Shown: positions 1 to 11,559, counted from the first letter of the stretch. The stretch: 64,000 nucleotides of DNA from Diplonema japonicum (GCA_964019335.1 OZ025661.1:248001-312000); one strand, 5' to 3'. The notes: generated by a model not told the origin, from the sequence alone. Translations and numbers: made by a program.

Positions 1-3000
1 CCACGCGCAGCACGAGCATCGTCCCCGGTTTCGGTTCTTCGTTAGGTGCGAGGACTTCCATCGTCAACATGCTTTTGTTGAACGACGCGCCCGACAGCGA
101 GAACGTCAGTGTCACGTTGCCGCTCTTTATGTTTGTAGAGGAAAAGCCTGACTTCTCTTTTTCGCTGGGTTCCGTCATCTTCACTGTTCCCGGTGGCGGG
201 ATGGTGGGCGGCGCTGCTGTTGGTGTGCTCGTCACCGGGACACCAGGAGGGAAGGTGGCGGGAATGCTTGTGGGAAGCTTCCCAGGCGGGTAAGTGGGTG
301 GGGCTTGCGTATCGGGCGCGTCGGTCGGTGGCGTGTTCGGTGGGTAGGTGGGCGGGATGGGGGTAGGGAGCACATTGGGCGGGTAAGTAGCAGGCGCAGT
401 AGTTTTGGGCGCCTGCGTATCAGGTACAGGTGTAGCAGGTGCAGTTGTTGGCTCGGCAGTGTCAGGAGCAGTCGTCTCGGGAGCCGGTGTAGCGGGAGGG
501 GATGTCTTAGGCACCAGAGTATCGGGAGCGTCAGTGTTGGGTGCAAACGTTTTTGGCACTTGTGTGTCAGGAGCTATCGTGTTCGGAGCATTCGTGTCAG
601 GAATACTTGTATCAGGAACTAGAGTATCGGGTGCTGTCGTGTCAGGAACGTTGGTGTCAGGAGCATCGGTGTCAGGGGCAACAGTATCAGGAACTAGAGT
701 ATCGGGTGCTGTCGTGTCCGGAGCGTTCGTGTCGGGGACAGTGGTATCAGGAGCGGTAGTGTCAGGGGCATCTGTATCTGGGGCGTCTGTTGCAGGAGCA
801 TCTGTGTCCGGTGCGTCTGTATCCGGGGCGTCTGTTGCAGGGGAGTCTGTGTCAGGAGCGTCTGTATCCGGTGCATATGTTGCAGGGGCGTCTGTGTCAG
901 GAGCGTCTGTATCCGGTGCACTCGTTGGTTCTGCAGTGTCCGGTGCGGACGTGTCAGGAGCTGGCGTATCTGGTGCAGTTGTAGGCTGAGCTGTGGGCGG
1001 TGCGGGGGTATCAGGAGCTGGCGTATCAGGAGGACTTGTTGGCGCTGCTGTCGGGCACGGCTGCATCTCCCAGTTGTTGCTTGTTTTACAGTATGCCACC
1101 TGGCAAGTACCCAAGTTGTTTGTGATAGTACACTTTTCACCGACATTTACCGCCAGACCAGCCGCGCAATCAGGGGAGCTTGGGGTGCTTATGCCAGTTG
1201 TCACAAGCGAGTCGAACGGACAACCGCAACCACTGGGAGGGACTGTCCAGACACCGAGCCTGCATGAGGCTTTGTAGCATGCAACGGAGTTAACCATAAT
1301 ACTGCATGATTCACCAGTGTTTGTGATGTCGCCACTGGAGCATCTCGGCTCGACTCCTGAAGCGCCTACGGGCAGCGTTGGGACCAGAGTGTCCCACTCG
1401 CAAGCATTGGGTACGCAAAGATTGGTAGTCGCAGACCATATCTTTCCCGTGCAGGAAGGGACCTTGCAGCCATGCCCGGTCAGTTTAATGCTGCACTGTT
1501 CGGTGCTGGGCACCAGCGCTCCACTCTTGCAGGTATTTGGCTGTCCAGGCTTAACAGTGGCTGCATTCAAAACGAGCTCGTCAAACGCGCACTTGTCTGG
1601 TTCGCACACTGGTGCGCCACCTAAAGCTGGCGTCCACGTGGAAGAGGAGCTGCATGTTTTCGTGGCGCATGCCATGGTTGGATCAGTCCACATGCATGCA
1701 TCTCCTTCGGGTACGAACATCCCAGCAGAGCAGTTCACGTGAGATCCTGGTGCGAGTGTTGCAGAGGCTGGTACTGACAACTTGTTGTAGCCGCACTCCA
1801 CAACGCATATAATATCCGTTTCGTCCCATACACCTCCCTTGCACTGCACAGTGTTGCAGTGCTTGCCCGTCATATCAAACTTACATTTCTGGTTGTTAAT
1901 GACAGGGTTTGTCATGCAATCTGCTGTTGTTATCGTAGCACCATTGAGGTTCAGGTCGGTCGTCACACAACCACAAGCCACTCCTGACACATCCCACGAG
2001 CCAGAATTGCAAGTGGCAGGGCCACAGTGGATCGCTGATGTTGTCTGGATGCCGCACACATTCGTGTCCAAAGTGATATCACCCAGGTCACAAATGGGCG
2101 CTCCAGCCATCGGCAGACCTGTGATCGCATCATTCCTGCATGCATCGGCAACGCACAACGGGGTCTTGTAGTCCCAGCCGGTTCCTGCCTTGCACTCTGG
2201 GCTGCGACATGGCCCGTCAAAGGTGCAGGAACCCCCCACCTGGACAATATCACCTGGCCTGCACCCAGGCTTGTTTGGCATGCTCGCAGTTGCCAACGGT
2301 GCGATGTCGTCGAACTTGCACGCATTATCCTCGCACACGTTTGTCGCCAGTGGCCAAGGGCCCCACCCACCACCACCACCACCGTTGCACTTCAGTTCTA
2401 CACAAGCCGCCCCCGCCCTGCTAAACTTGCACGTTTCGGCAACGTCAACCATCCCGCCGGTGGCGCACTCAGATGGTGACATGGGGTCCAATGTCTCGGT
2501 TCCAGTTAACATGCCCTGGAAGTCCAGAGCGTTGCACGCGGGACGGCACACCACTGTGTTCACAGACCACATCCCTGTCACGCAGTCAACTGGGTCGCAC
2601 TTCATCCCTGGCTGTGTGAAAGAACAGGTCGTCCCGTCAGCAACCGTGGACATGGAACACGCAGGGCCAGGCGTTGCCATGCCTACGTTAAGCAGGGTCA
2701 TGTCGCAGGGGGCGGGACACACCACCCCAGTAAGGTCCCACGTGCCAGAGTTGCAGGTTGCAGTCCCGCAACTTACGCCCATCACTGATACAGAGCACAT
2801 GCCTCCCGTAGACGTAATCAGTCCTAGTTGGCATCCGGGTTCAGGAGCAGTGGCCCCCGGGAAGCTGGTGATGAGCTCATCCCATGCGCAAGCCCCCGGC
2901 TCACATGGATCGGAGGGCACTGCAGGGGTCCATGTCCCGGAGTTGCATGTCATAGTTCTGCATGCGCCTCCTGAGATCTCGAAATGGCAGGTGCCCGAGG

Positions 3001-5188
3001 TATCAACAATCTCGCCTGAATGACAACCGGGGTTTGGTGTTGTTGGACCGCTTCCTGACAGTACACGTGTCTCAAGCTCATCGAAGGAACATGCGTCCAA
3101 CCTGCACACAGGGCCCATCGGTATGGGTTGCCATGTGGTGGGCGCTCCGCCGTTGCAGCTCATAGTCTTGCACGAGGCACCGGTCAGTTGGAATTTGCAT
3201 TTGCCGGCAACAAGAAGCATCCCACCAGAGACACAATTGAGATCGGAATTGCCGGAGTCGAGTGTGGCGCCCATAGTAACCGTGCTAGCGATGTCATCGT
3301 AGGCGCAAGCATCGTTACAGGTGAGGGTGGTGATGTCCCAGACACCGTTGTTGCAGGTGGTTGTGCCACAAGACAGCATGGGTCCCGTCCAATCACATGC
3401 AACACCATCAGCAACCTCTGGCCCAATGCATGACGTCATCACAGATGCCGGTTTTGTGATGTCGGACAGCAAGCACCCGCACACGACAGGTCCCCACGTA
3501 CCTGACATGCACTTCACATCTTCACAAGCAATTCCATTGACGCTGACGATACCTTCACAGTCATCGTTGTTTTGTGTGATGTCCCCGGCAATGGTGCAAG
3601 CATCGCTGCCCATATGCGTCTCTCCATTGGTCAGTGTGAGGTCTTCACTTAGGCAAGCACCGGCTTCGCATGTAGGGTTGGGGAAAGACCACACACCCTT
3701 TGAGCACACGGGTTTCTGGCACGTTTTACCCGCCTCTTCGACATCACAGACAGTGCCATCGGCAACGACCTTGTCCCAGAGGCATCCCGCAACGGGGAAC
3801 TGAGCAGCACCTGTAAGGGTGATGTCGTTCACAACACAGCCGTCTAGGAGGCAGGTGGGGGCCGTGACGTCAAAAGCCCCATTGGAGCACGTGATCGTTT
3901 CACAAGCACTGCCCGTTAGTTCGAAGTCGCAAGCATCACTGTCAAACACAATAAAGCCAAACGCACAACCGGTGCCTTCTGGCTGAGCACCAGCGGGCAC
4001 CGTAACGGCGTCGAACAAGCACGCATCTTGTGCGCACCTCGGAAGGTTCGTGCTCCAGTGACCTAACTCGCAGGCAGGATGGTCACACACCATTGACCCT
4101 GACGTGATAGTGCACTTCATGTTAGTATTCACAACTTGTCCGTCCTCACAACCTGTTCCCGTGGCGATGGCACCAGGCGAGAGGAACACATCGTTAAACG
4201 GACAGGCGTCATCGACGCACACCACATTGTCATCGACATCCCACTGCGAGCCTCCCATCACACAATGCTTTGCTTCGCAGGCACCGCCCGGGTAGACGAA
4301 GTCACAATAATTGCTGTCTTCCACAACGCCTCCCTTTCTGCACCCATCGGCAAGGGTGTCAACGACGCTTGCGGGTTTGTTCAAAGCAGCATAACTGCAC
4401 CCGCAAGTCACCACCGAGGGGAAGAAGGTACCGTCGACACACACTGTGGTGCTGCACAAAGCACTACCAGGGCTTGTCCACAGGCATTTAGTGGTATCGC
4501 TAACAGTAGGGGGGCAAGCGGTTGTCGCACCGAACGCCACAACTGATGCGGTGTTGCACAATGCAGCACTGGGGGTACATGTTGATGGTCCGTCCCACAA
4601 CCCTGTTGCGAGGCAGGTGATGGATGTACACGATGCAGATCCGCTGCGAGTAAAGGTGAGAACGACGCCCGCGTCAGCAAGCCTGCCACGTGGAAGCGAC
4701 CCAACGGCACCCAAAGTCGCCACAGCTTGGGACACACGGCACACAACACCCGTCTTGCACACCGGAGTGAGCACATCCCATACACCTGCTTTGCATTTGG
4801 GTGCTTCACATTGTTCACCGGGTTTTCGGAAGGTGCATACATGGCTATCATCGATAACGTGGCCAGGTATGCAGCCGTGCTCAATAGGAGACGCTCCGGC
4901 GGGTTCTGCCAAGTCGTTGAAGAGGCATCCGCCTGCAGAGCAGTATACCTCAGGTACATCCCAGACGAAGCCCAGAACGGGGTCGCTTATACACTTGTGT
5001 CGTGTGCACGTGAGGGTGTTTTTGCTGAACTCACAGATGGTTCCCTGGGGCAACAGATTCGTCCCCGAGCACCCTGGGCTTGCGGTGGTCGCGCCCAACG
5101 GGTTCTTGATTTCATTAAAACCACAGTCCGCTGTTACGGCTACAGCGAGGCACAGCACGCTTACAAGTTTCGCTTCGTATTTTATCAT
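1..5188 (-). CDS. Large secreted/surface Cys-rich protein with sushi-like repeats and a Thr/Pro mucin-like stalk (3'-partial, runs off the left edge)
   Basis: Not in the ORF track because it has no stop in the window. The ATG at 5188 gives MIKYEAKLVSVLCLAVAVTADCGFNEIK (signal peptide). Many Cys-rich modules with a TC..G.W..P.C-type pattern follow. The same frame reads TAPDT repeats near 400-1030. Confidence 0.8.
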   Translation of the reverse strand, partial: MIKYEAKLVSVLCLAVAVTADCGFNEIKNPLGATTASPGCSGTNLLPQGTICEFSKNTLTCTRHKCISDPVLGFVWDVPEVYCSAGGCLFNDLAEPAGASPIEHGCIPGHVIDDSHVCTFRKPGEQCEAPKCKAGVWDVLTPVCKTGVVCRVSQAVATLGAVGSLPRGRLADAGVVLTFTRSGSASCTSITCLATGLWDGPSTCTPSAALCNTASVVAFGATTACPPTVSDTTKCLWTSPGSALCSTTVCVDGTFFPSVVTCGCSYAALNKPASVVDTLADGCRKGGVVEDSNYCDFVYPGGACEAKHCVMGGSQWDVDDNVVCVDDACPFNDVFLSPGAIATGTGCEDGQVVNTNMKCTITSGSMVCDHPACELGHWSTNLPRCAQDACLFDAVTVPAGAQPEGTGCAFGFIVFDSDACDFELTGSACETITCSNGAFDVTAPTCLLDGCVVNDITLTGAAQFPVAGCLWDKVVADGTVCDVEEAGKTCQKPVCSKGVWSFPNPTCEAGACLSEDLTLTNGETHMGSDACTIAGDITQNNDDCEGIVSVNGIACEDVKCMSGTWGPVVCGCLLSDITKPASVMTSCIGPEVADGVACDWTGPMLSCGTTTCNNGVWDITTLTCNDACAYDDIASTVTMGATLDSGNSDLNCVSGGMLLVAGKCKFQLTGASCKTMSCNGGAPTTWQPIPMGPVCRLDACSFDELETRVLSGSGPTTPNPGCHSGEIVDTSGTCHFEISGGACRTMTCNSGTWTPAVPSDPCEPGACAWDELITSFPGATAPEPGCQLGLITSTGGMCSVSVMGVSCGTATCNSGTWDLTGVVCPAPCDMTLLNVGMATPGPACSMSTVADGTTCSFTQPGMKCDPVDCVTGMWSVNTVVCRPACNALDFQGMLTGTETLDPMSPSECATGGMVDVAETCKFSRAGAACVELKCNGGGGGGWGPWPLATNVCEDNACKFDDIAPLATASMPNKPGCRPGDIVQVGGSCTFDGPCRSPECKAGTGWDYKTPLCVADACRNDAITGLPMAGAPICDLGDITLDTNVCGIQTTSAIHCGPATCNSGSWDVSGVACGCVTTDLNLNGATITTADCMTNPVINNQKCKFDMTGKHCNTVQCKGGVWDETDIICVVECGYNKLSVPASATLAPGSHVNCSAGMFVPEGDACMWTDPTMACATKTCSSSSTWTPALGGAPVCEPDKCAFDELVLNAATVKPGQPNTCKSGALVPSTEQCSIKLTGHGCKVPSCTGKIWSATTNLCVPNACEWDTLVPTLPVGASGVEPRCSSGDITNTGESCSIMVNSVACYKASCRLGVWTVPPSGCGCPFDSLVTTGISTPSSPDCAAGLAVNVGEKCTITNNLGTCQVAYCKTSNNWEMQPCPTAAPTSPPDTPAPDTPAPPTAQPTTAPDTPAPDTSAPDTAEPTSAPDTDAPDTDAPATYAPDTDAPDTDSPATDAPDTDAPDTDAPATDAPDTDAPDTTAPDTTVPDTNAPDTTAPDTLVPDTVAPDTDAPDTNVPDTTAPDTLVPDTSIPDTNAPNTIAPDTQVPKTFAPNTDAPDTLVPKTSPPATPAPETTAPDTAEPTTAPATPVPDTQAPKTTAPATYPPNVLPTPIPPTYPPNTPPTDAPDTQAPPTYPPGKLPTSIPATFPPGVPVTSTPTAAPPTIPPPGTVKMTEPSEKEKSGFSSTNIKSGNVTLTFSLSGASFNKSMLTMEVLAPNEEPKPGTMLVLRV
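405..1030 (-). repeat. Degenerate 15-bp coding tandem repeat (T-x-A/V-P-D units)
   Basis: Recurring gtgtcaggagc/gtatccggtgc units on +, which encode APDTDAPDTTAPDT... on the minus strand. Confidence 0.85.
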
Positions 5189-5428
5189 TGTTTTTTTTTA
5201 TATTTGTTTGCTTTTTCTTCGTTTCTTTTTTTTTTTTCTTTTCTCGTTTCTTTTCCGGTTTGATGCTTTTTTTTTTGTTCCCCCCTCCCCCTCCGCCCCA
5301 GGGGCTCACCCCCACCCTCCTCCCTCTCCTGTGTGGTTTTTTTTTTTCCCTCTTTTTGACCTTTTTTCAAAAGACATAAACTTTATCAACAAGTACCCCC
5401 CTTTTTTTTTCTCTCGGGTTTTCTATTT

Positions 5429-8400
5429 TTACAACATATGAAAAGGCAGTTGTTCAGACTGCGTCGAAACAGGCCGCCACGGGGTTGTCCTCTCTGGGAC
5501 AGTCCTGTGTGGGCTCCGAAGGTGGTCGAGAGTGTTATAAGAAGGAACGATGGTGACGATGGGCTCGCGTTCTGTAGGGAGGGACGAAGGGGGCTGGGAC
5601 CGCAGAATGTCGGGGAAGTCTCCGAGGTAAGGTGAAGGATTGAGACGGTAAGCCACGCAGAGCTCACGAATAACCGCATCAATCGAGGAGTTTGGGGAAC
5701 AGGCGATGTCGACGAGGTGAGGTGTTTGATAACCACTGGGAGGGTCGTGCCTATCAAAAAAGTCATCCACCCGATACGTGAAGACTGCACGGGGCTTACC
5801 CCCACACCACGCCTCAACATCAACCACCTTATTCGCCACGCAAAGCTGCATCATAATGTTATCCAACTGCAGCTCGGGGTTTGCCCCATGTGTGACCATG
5901 TCCATGTACGTAGGGATAGCGTTGAAAGGCAGCCCGCAAGCTTCGTGGAAGACGTTCAACCTGAAGACAGCAGCGTCAAATAACGTCCTCTCCACATTTC
6001 CCACACTTCCCACACTTGGGGCCTTGGTTGAAAACCGCACGCTCTGCGGTGACTTTGAAGCTGGAGCTTCCAACTTCTCTGATAAAGATAAAAGTTTGTT
6101 ACCGTGAGCATGCATTTGCGGTGGCAGTTCTGCAGGGGGTGTCGGTGTGGTAGTGATGGGTGGCGTGGGGCCTGCCATCGTACTTACGGTTTCCTCGTCG
6201 TCGTTTCGATCTCCTAACAGCTCGTATGTTTTAAGCAGCGCTTTTGGGAATGGCCCCACCCATTCCGATTCTTCCCGCCCCGTCAGCTTGCACAGCATCG
6301 CAGTGCCCTCGTCCACCGTGATCTCCTTCCTCGCAATTTTATGAATTGTTTCGTCCCTTACTGACCCAAACCGACCTTTGTTCGGGCCTAACAAACAGTC
6401 AAAACGGAATCTTACCAAAGCCGGCGGTTCTGAACCAAGCCATAGATAGTGATGTGCGCCGTCAATCTTGCACTGATTCAAGTATGATTGAAGGGTTCTA
6501 TCGATCCGTGTGGTGAGGTCCTCCGGTGTGTTTGCTTGGCGTATCGCCAGCTGCAGGTGATCGGTCGGGGCGGACGGGACAGTCTCAAGCTCCTTCTTGT
6601 GCATGTTTTCAAACGCGAAGAGACGGAATTTATTCCCAAGCATGGCAAGCTTCATGTCGGACACCGCAGGGCCACGTGGGCCAGATGTCTTCTGCGTCTT
6701 CAAAACCGCTGCGGGCGGGATCGGAACCACCACAGGAGCTTTTCTTGTCACGGTGTATCCCGGACGCATCGCCATGGGGTAGTCGCCTGTCCATTCCGCT
6801 TCGTCGGCACCTCTGTCTTTCCAATTCTTACAAAGCTGTTGCATGACAGTGTCTAATGTGTATTTCCCATTGGAGACTGCTTCGGCAATGGGTTCCGTCT
6901 CACCACCGGTACCGCTCGGATCGTAGATCCCGAAGAATGTGGAGACCGTCCAGTTTACGATGTGGATTGGAGTCAATGCACGCCACTCTCTCCAGTCTAG
7001 GTCCAGCTCGACTGCGTTCTGCGTCATGACGGACGAGAACCGTTCACCATCGTGGAGAACACGCTCGACAGCCTCGTCCAAGCGCTCCACCTCGTCGGAC
7101 CCAGCAGCACGCAGCATCCCTGCTAGGTTGAACCGTATCCGGTCTTCAGAAGGAGTCGGCTCGCGCAACGCTGTCGGGTAATCACCTATCCATTCGGCAG
7201 GGTCTCCTCCAGACTTCTTACATATATTTATCATTTCACGGTCTAACGCTTCAGGGGTCGTCGCGCGGGCTACGATTGCGTCGACGTGTAGCCACGATGC
7301 AGATGAGACGTTGTTGCGTTTGACATACTCCGACACGCGGTGTCTGATGAGCTCTTTCGGGGGGTTCCCCGTCCACGCGCTGTCCTCGATGTGGTAGTGG
7401 GAACACAGTTTTTCAACAACGGCCTGCAGCGTGTGCGTTCCCGCGGTGATCGATTGGACGAGTTTTGCAGCTTTTCCCGAGTTTTCAGGCGCGTGCCGGT
7501 CGTAAAAAACATCGAACAGAAACATAACAGCATCCGTCTTGACACGGCCGAAGGAGATCTGGCAGTACTCCTCGTCACCGATGACCCATTGCTCGCCCAT
7601 CTCGGTGGGGAGCTTTCCGTTGTGTTTTGTAGACGCGTGTGCCAAGAAACGTTCTTCATCTTCCGACGGCTTCGGATCATGGTCCGTCATGGCCCACCGT
7701 CCATCAACTGTCGAGAACAGCCAGCATCTCTTCTCATGGTTCTCCCACAACGGATGCTCATTCACCGTTCTGTCTACGCACTTTGAAAAGATCCCATCGA
7801 TATCTACAGGGGGGGTGTCATGGGTTGGAAATTCACTTGTAGCAATCATCTTATCGGGAATGGCAACAGGTGGAGGTGCTTCTTCTATATCCAACGTCTT
7901 TGAAACGTCCCATGTCCTCTCTCGTGTGGATTTATTCCACCAATATTTTCTGTTTGTTCGTAAATCGGTTTCTTCTACCCAACCGCCGTCTTCAATGGCT
8001 GTTTTTAAAATCTCGTCGGGGAGGGCTGCGAGATCTTCGTCGGGCGGAACGATGGGGTCTGGTGAGGGTTCTTGTTCGGGGGTTTTCTTACGTGGAGGCC
8101 TTCGTTCTTCTTCTGTAATTGTGAGGAGTTTTGTCTCGGGGAGTCCTGGGCCACGGGCAGCCAGGTTGATTCTTTTCTTGTGCGTTGTGGGTTTGAACTT
8201 CAACTGTTTTCTGTTGTGCGGCTGGATCACGATGTCCTTGAAAACCCAGTTGAACAGTGCGCCATCGTCAAACCTGAGCTTGATCAGCTCCACCCCAGGA
8301 AGGTACGAGACGGTGGTGGCCGGCTTGTTTAGATAGACGTGGGCTTTCCCACCGTAGTTGTAGGTAGATACAGGGATCTTCAGCGTTTTGACCTTGCATC

Positions 8401-8521
8401 CCAGAGGGATCTCGTCCCTCCAGGCGACCCTTACCCATTGCTCCTTTTCTTGGGCGGGTGGTTCTTTCCCCTCCGCCAAAGCTAGGGTCTTTTGGAAAAT
8501 AGATTTAAATGGTGCCGCCAT
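5429..8521 (-). CDS. 1030-aa protein with a WW domain and about 8 copies of an uncharacterised ~60-aa helical repeat
   Basis: Long GC-rich ORF. WW motif GWVEETDLRTNRKYWWNKSTRERTWD. Repeats end in LC..x..W.G..P. Confidence 0.8.
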   Translation of the reverse strand: MAAPFKSIFQKTLALAEGKEPPAQEKEQWVRVAWRDEIPLGCKVKTLKIPVSTYNYGGKAHVYLNKPATTVSYLPGVELIKLRFDDGALFNWVFKDIVIQPHNRKQLKFKPTTHKKRINLAARGPGLPETKLLTITEEERRPPRKKTPEQEPSPDPIVPPDEDLAALPDEILKTAIEDGGWVEETDLRTNRKYWWNKSTRERTWDVSKTLDIEEAPPPVAIPDKMIATSEFPTHDTPPVDIDGIFSKCVDRTVNEHPLWENHEKRCWLFSTVDGRWAMTDHDPKPSEDEERFLAHASTKHNGKLPTEMGEQWVIGDEEYCQISFGRVKTDAVMFLFDVFYDRHAPENSGKAAKLVQSITAGTHTLQAVVEKLCSHYHIEDSAWTGNPPKELIRHRVSEYVKRNNVSSASWLHVDAIVARATTPEALDREMINICKKSGGDPAEWIGDYPTALREPTPSEDRIRFNLAGMLRAAGSDEVERLDEAVERVLHDGERFSSVMTQNAVELDLDWREWRALTPIHIVNWTVSTFFGIYDPSGTGGETEPIAEAVSNGKYTLDTVMQQLCKNWKDRGADEAEWTGDYPMAMRPGYTVTRKAPVVVPIPPAAVLKTQKTSGPRGPAVSDMKLAMLGNKFRLFAFENMHKKELETVPSAPTDHLQLAIRQANTPEDLTTRIDRTLQSYLNQCKIDGAHHYLWLGSEPPALVRFRFDCLLGPNKGRFGSVRDETIHKIARKEITVDEGTAMLCKLTGREESEWVGPFPKALLKTYELLGDRNDDEETVSTMAGPTPPITTTPTPPAELPPQMHAHGNKLLSLSEKLEAPASKSPQSVRFSTKAPSVGSVGNVERTLFDAAVFRLNVFHEACGLPFNAIPTYMDMVTHGANPELQLDNIMMQLCVANKVVDVEAWCGGKPRAVFTYRVDDFFDRHDPPSGYQTPHLVDIACSPNSSIDAVIRELCVAYRLNPSPYLGDFPDILRSQPPSSLPTEREPIVTIVPSYNTLDHLRSPHRTVPERTTPWRPVSTQSEQLPFHML

Positions 8522-8669
8522 AAGGGTGTGTTAGCTTCTATCACATCTTTTTTTTTTTTTTTTTAAATCGGCTCTCCTTTTTTTTTCCCCCTTGTTATTA
8601 TTATAATTGAATGAGACAAAATAAAAGAAGGGGTATTTTTTTTTTGAAAGATCTAGAACAGAATATAAA

Positions 8670-8707
<38 letters not shown>

Positions 8708-9189
8708 CCCTTAAAAAGAGTAGGTGGTGGTGTTCCGAATTTGCGCAAAATCGGCTCTGACAATGTGAAAAAAAAAAGAGAGAAAGAACGTGACATTGAA
8801 AGCAAAACAAAACAAAAAACAAACAGAACTCTTTTTTTAAAGCATGGGGGGAAAAGGCAGCGGGAGAACCGATCTAAACAGGGGGGGGGGGGGGGGAAGA
8901 GAAAGGCGAACTATTTATCACTTCCGCATATGGGGGCAACGGGGAGAGGTATTTTTTGTTTTCTTTTTTTTTTGAAAATTTCTAAGTACAGGAGGGAGGG
9001 GGGAAGGAGAAAAAAAAAAAAGAGTTGGGCGGAGTTTGTGCAAAGTCAGGCATTATGTTTAAAAAAGCCCAACAAACCCGCTTTGATTTTTTTTTTTTAT
9101 TTTTTTTATTTTTTTTTAGCAATAACAATTTCATTTACAATATTTTTCTTGTTTCAAAAAAAGAAAAGCAAATTAAAAAAAGAAAATAT

Positions 9190-9208
9190 CTAGTCATCTT
9201 CTTGCGAA

Positions 9209-9245
<37 letters not shown>

Positions 9246-10876
9246 GTTGTTCCCCACAAACCTAAGCCCTGTAGCTTTCGCAAGCCCTCCTTAGCACGCT
9301 GGCTGTTGGGGTTAAGCTGAAGTGCATGCTGGAACGCGCTTTCAGCATTATCTGCAAAGTATTTTCAAAAAAAAAAATCCATACGTTGCTGCGAGAGCGC
9401 GGAGTAAATGGCAGCCTTCTTGAGCAACAACTGTTCGGAGGGAATCTCAGAGTTCAACCTGTTGATGGCCTTGCTGTGCTTCCCCTCCTCACAGTCTAGG
9501 TCGCACAACGGAAGCAGCGCATCGACACACTGTGAATCGATCCCCAACGCCTTAGTAAAATGGTCCCGCGCCAGCTTCACCTTAAGAAGACAATGGTACA
9601 CTTGCCCAAGCAAAGCCCAAGCAGGTGCGGAAGAAGGAAAAATATCAGTAGCCTCCTTGGCATAGGCGAGAGCAGCCTTTCCGTTCTTGTCTCTCACATA
9701 GGCCCGCACGATACCTTGATAAGACGGGATGTACCGATTAATGTTAAGCGCTTTCATATAATACTTTATAGCTTCCTGTGTCCTTCCAGCAGAAACAAGA
9801 TGTGAAGCAATAAACAGATAAGATCTGTGGAAGCAAGGTGAAAGCGGGATGGCTTTCAATGCGTAAGAGATAACAGTGTCAGCGGACTGTTCTGAATTGC
9901 CGGATTTCGCAACGGAAGCGACAATCCATGTTTCTGGTGAACTCGGTGCAGCGTCCAAACACTCCGAAGCGAGCTTGTTCAGTTCTGCAATCTGCCCCAA
10001 GTGTCGGAGAAGCGTTGAAAAAATATCCATCCCGCCAGTGAAGTACGGATCAATGGAACGAACCTTGTTGAACAGGGAGAGAGCTTCGATAGGTTTTGCC
10101 AACCTGTAGTAACACTCCGCAACGCTAGATGTGATGTATGTGTTTAAGGGTGATCGGATTCCTTTTGCAACAGCGATGGCTTCTGCGGGTTTTGCGGAGT
10201 GTTTGCAATACTGCATAACGATCCATTGGTGAACCTGTCTTGCTAGCTTGCTCCCGCTTTGCGCCGCGGCTTCGTACGAATCACATATTTTTTTGACGGT
10301 GGCGTCCCACATTCTTGCTTGTCCCTCGTTGGCCATTGCTATGCGTGATGTTTCGATGTAACCGTTGACAGCGTCTAGACAGTATTGGTTTTTTTGGATC
10401 GCACGGAGATAATGGTCGGAACTACTCCTCACGTTGCCCCTGCCTCTGTACAGAGTTGCCATTGCCATGTGTGTTTTCAAGGTTCTGTTGTGTTCGTCGA
10501 TGCATTTGAAGTACTCTAGCGCATCGTTCTCCATGGGGTCGCCGCGGACTTCCATGCAGCAGTTTGCTAGTTTTTCGTACAGTGAGACGGGTACGCTGGG
10601 GCTTTTGTGTTTGGATGTTGTTGCCGTCTTGTGGAAGTTCGTTGTCTTTCTGTCCAGTAACGGGGACGCCTTTCCCTTGTACTTGTCGAGGGCGTGGGTG
10701 TACCATAAGAGGGCTCGTTTGAACTGTCGCTGGCCTACCAGAGCGTCGCCGAACTCTGTGAGGAGCTCGCATGCCTCCTGGCCCTCCACGTACCCCAGGC
10801 CTAAGCCGCACAGTTGTGCAGCGCTGCTGTATTGTCCTTCCTCTACTAACGACCTTACTTCATGTAGAACTTCCAT
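9190..10876 (-). CDS. APC7: Anaphase-promoting complex subunit 7 (TPR protein); 2 short 3' introns, about 533 aa spliced
   Basis: TPR motifs and an APC7-like segment (DPYFTGGMDIFSTLL..SSPETW). Removing 9352-9384 restores the last TPR (HNAESAFQHALQLNPNSQRAKEGLRKL). Removing 9210-9261 gives an acidic end GSQEDD*. Confidence 0.8.
9210..9261 (-). other. 52-nt GT-AG intron with an A30-G acceptor (APC7 intron 2)
   Basis: GTTTGTGGGGAACAACAATTT-A30-G. The unspliced alternative (GLGLWGTTI*) cannot be excluded. Confidence 0.6.
9352..9384 (-). other. 33-nt GT-AG intron (APC7 intron 1)
   Basis: GTATGG..TTGCAG; contains an in-frame TGA; splicing restores the TPR. Confidence 0.85.
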
Positions 10877-10981
10877 TTTTCTTTTTTCTTTTTTTTGTAT
10901 GTTGTTTTTGTTGTCGCAATACCCGCGCGACCCTTCCTCCCTCTGGAAATGATTTTTTTTTTTTTTTTTTTTTTTTAGATT

Positions 10982-11038
<57 letters not shown>

Positions 11039-11077
11039 AGTTTGGCGCTTCATTTGTATGCGCGCACGAGCGGCTCG

Positions 11078-11110
<33 letters not shown>

Positions 11111-11559
11111 AGATCGATGTTAACATGCAAAACACCGTGTGAGAAGCCGGGGGGGATATGTCGGTACTGGGGTTTGCCAGCATTCAGAAAGAAGAAAAGA
11201 AGAAAAAAAGAAAAAAAAGAATATAAACTATTCTGTTAACTGAATCGTCCAATACTTCCTATAAATATATACATGAGTTAAAGGCCGGTGTTGGCGGCAC
11301 CCTAAAAAGAATATGGCGAGATATTCGTATTGCGCAACAATGGGGAAATAAAAGGAATTGCAAAAATCACAAAAATAGGCCCAATGTGACCCTTCTTTTT
11401 TTCCACTCTTATTTCTTTTCTTTTTTTTTTTTTTTGCACTAATCAGTTTTTTTTTTTTCTCTCTGTCTTTCTTGCGCAATCGTCCGAAAAGGAAACGGGG
11501 AAAGGGGGAAATGATTCTTGACAAAATAACTCTTTTTTTTTTTCTTCTTCTTTTGTTTC

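Noticed and set aside
69-5441. Many plus-strand ORFs, including the VSGA-repeat ORF at 405-989
   Set aside because: They are antisense readings of the single minus-strand Cys-rich/TAPDT gene.
8601-9193. Poly-Lys, poly-Phe and poly-Gly ORFs in spacers, and K-rich N-terminal extensions of real genes
   Set aside because: They are translations of homopolymer tracts; starts were moved to the ATG at the edge of each GC-rich island.
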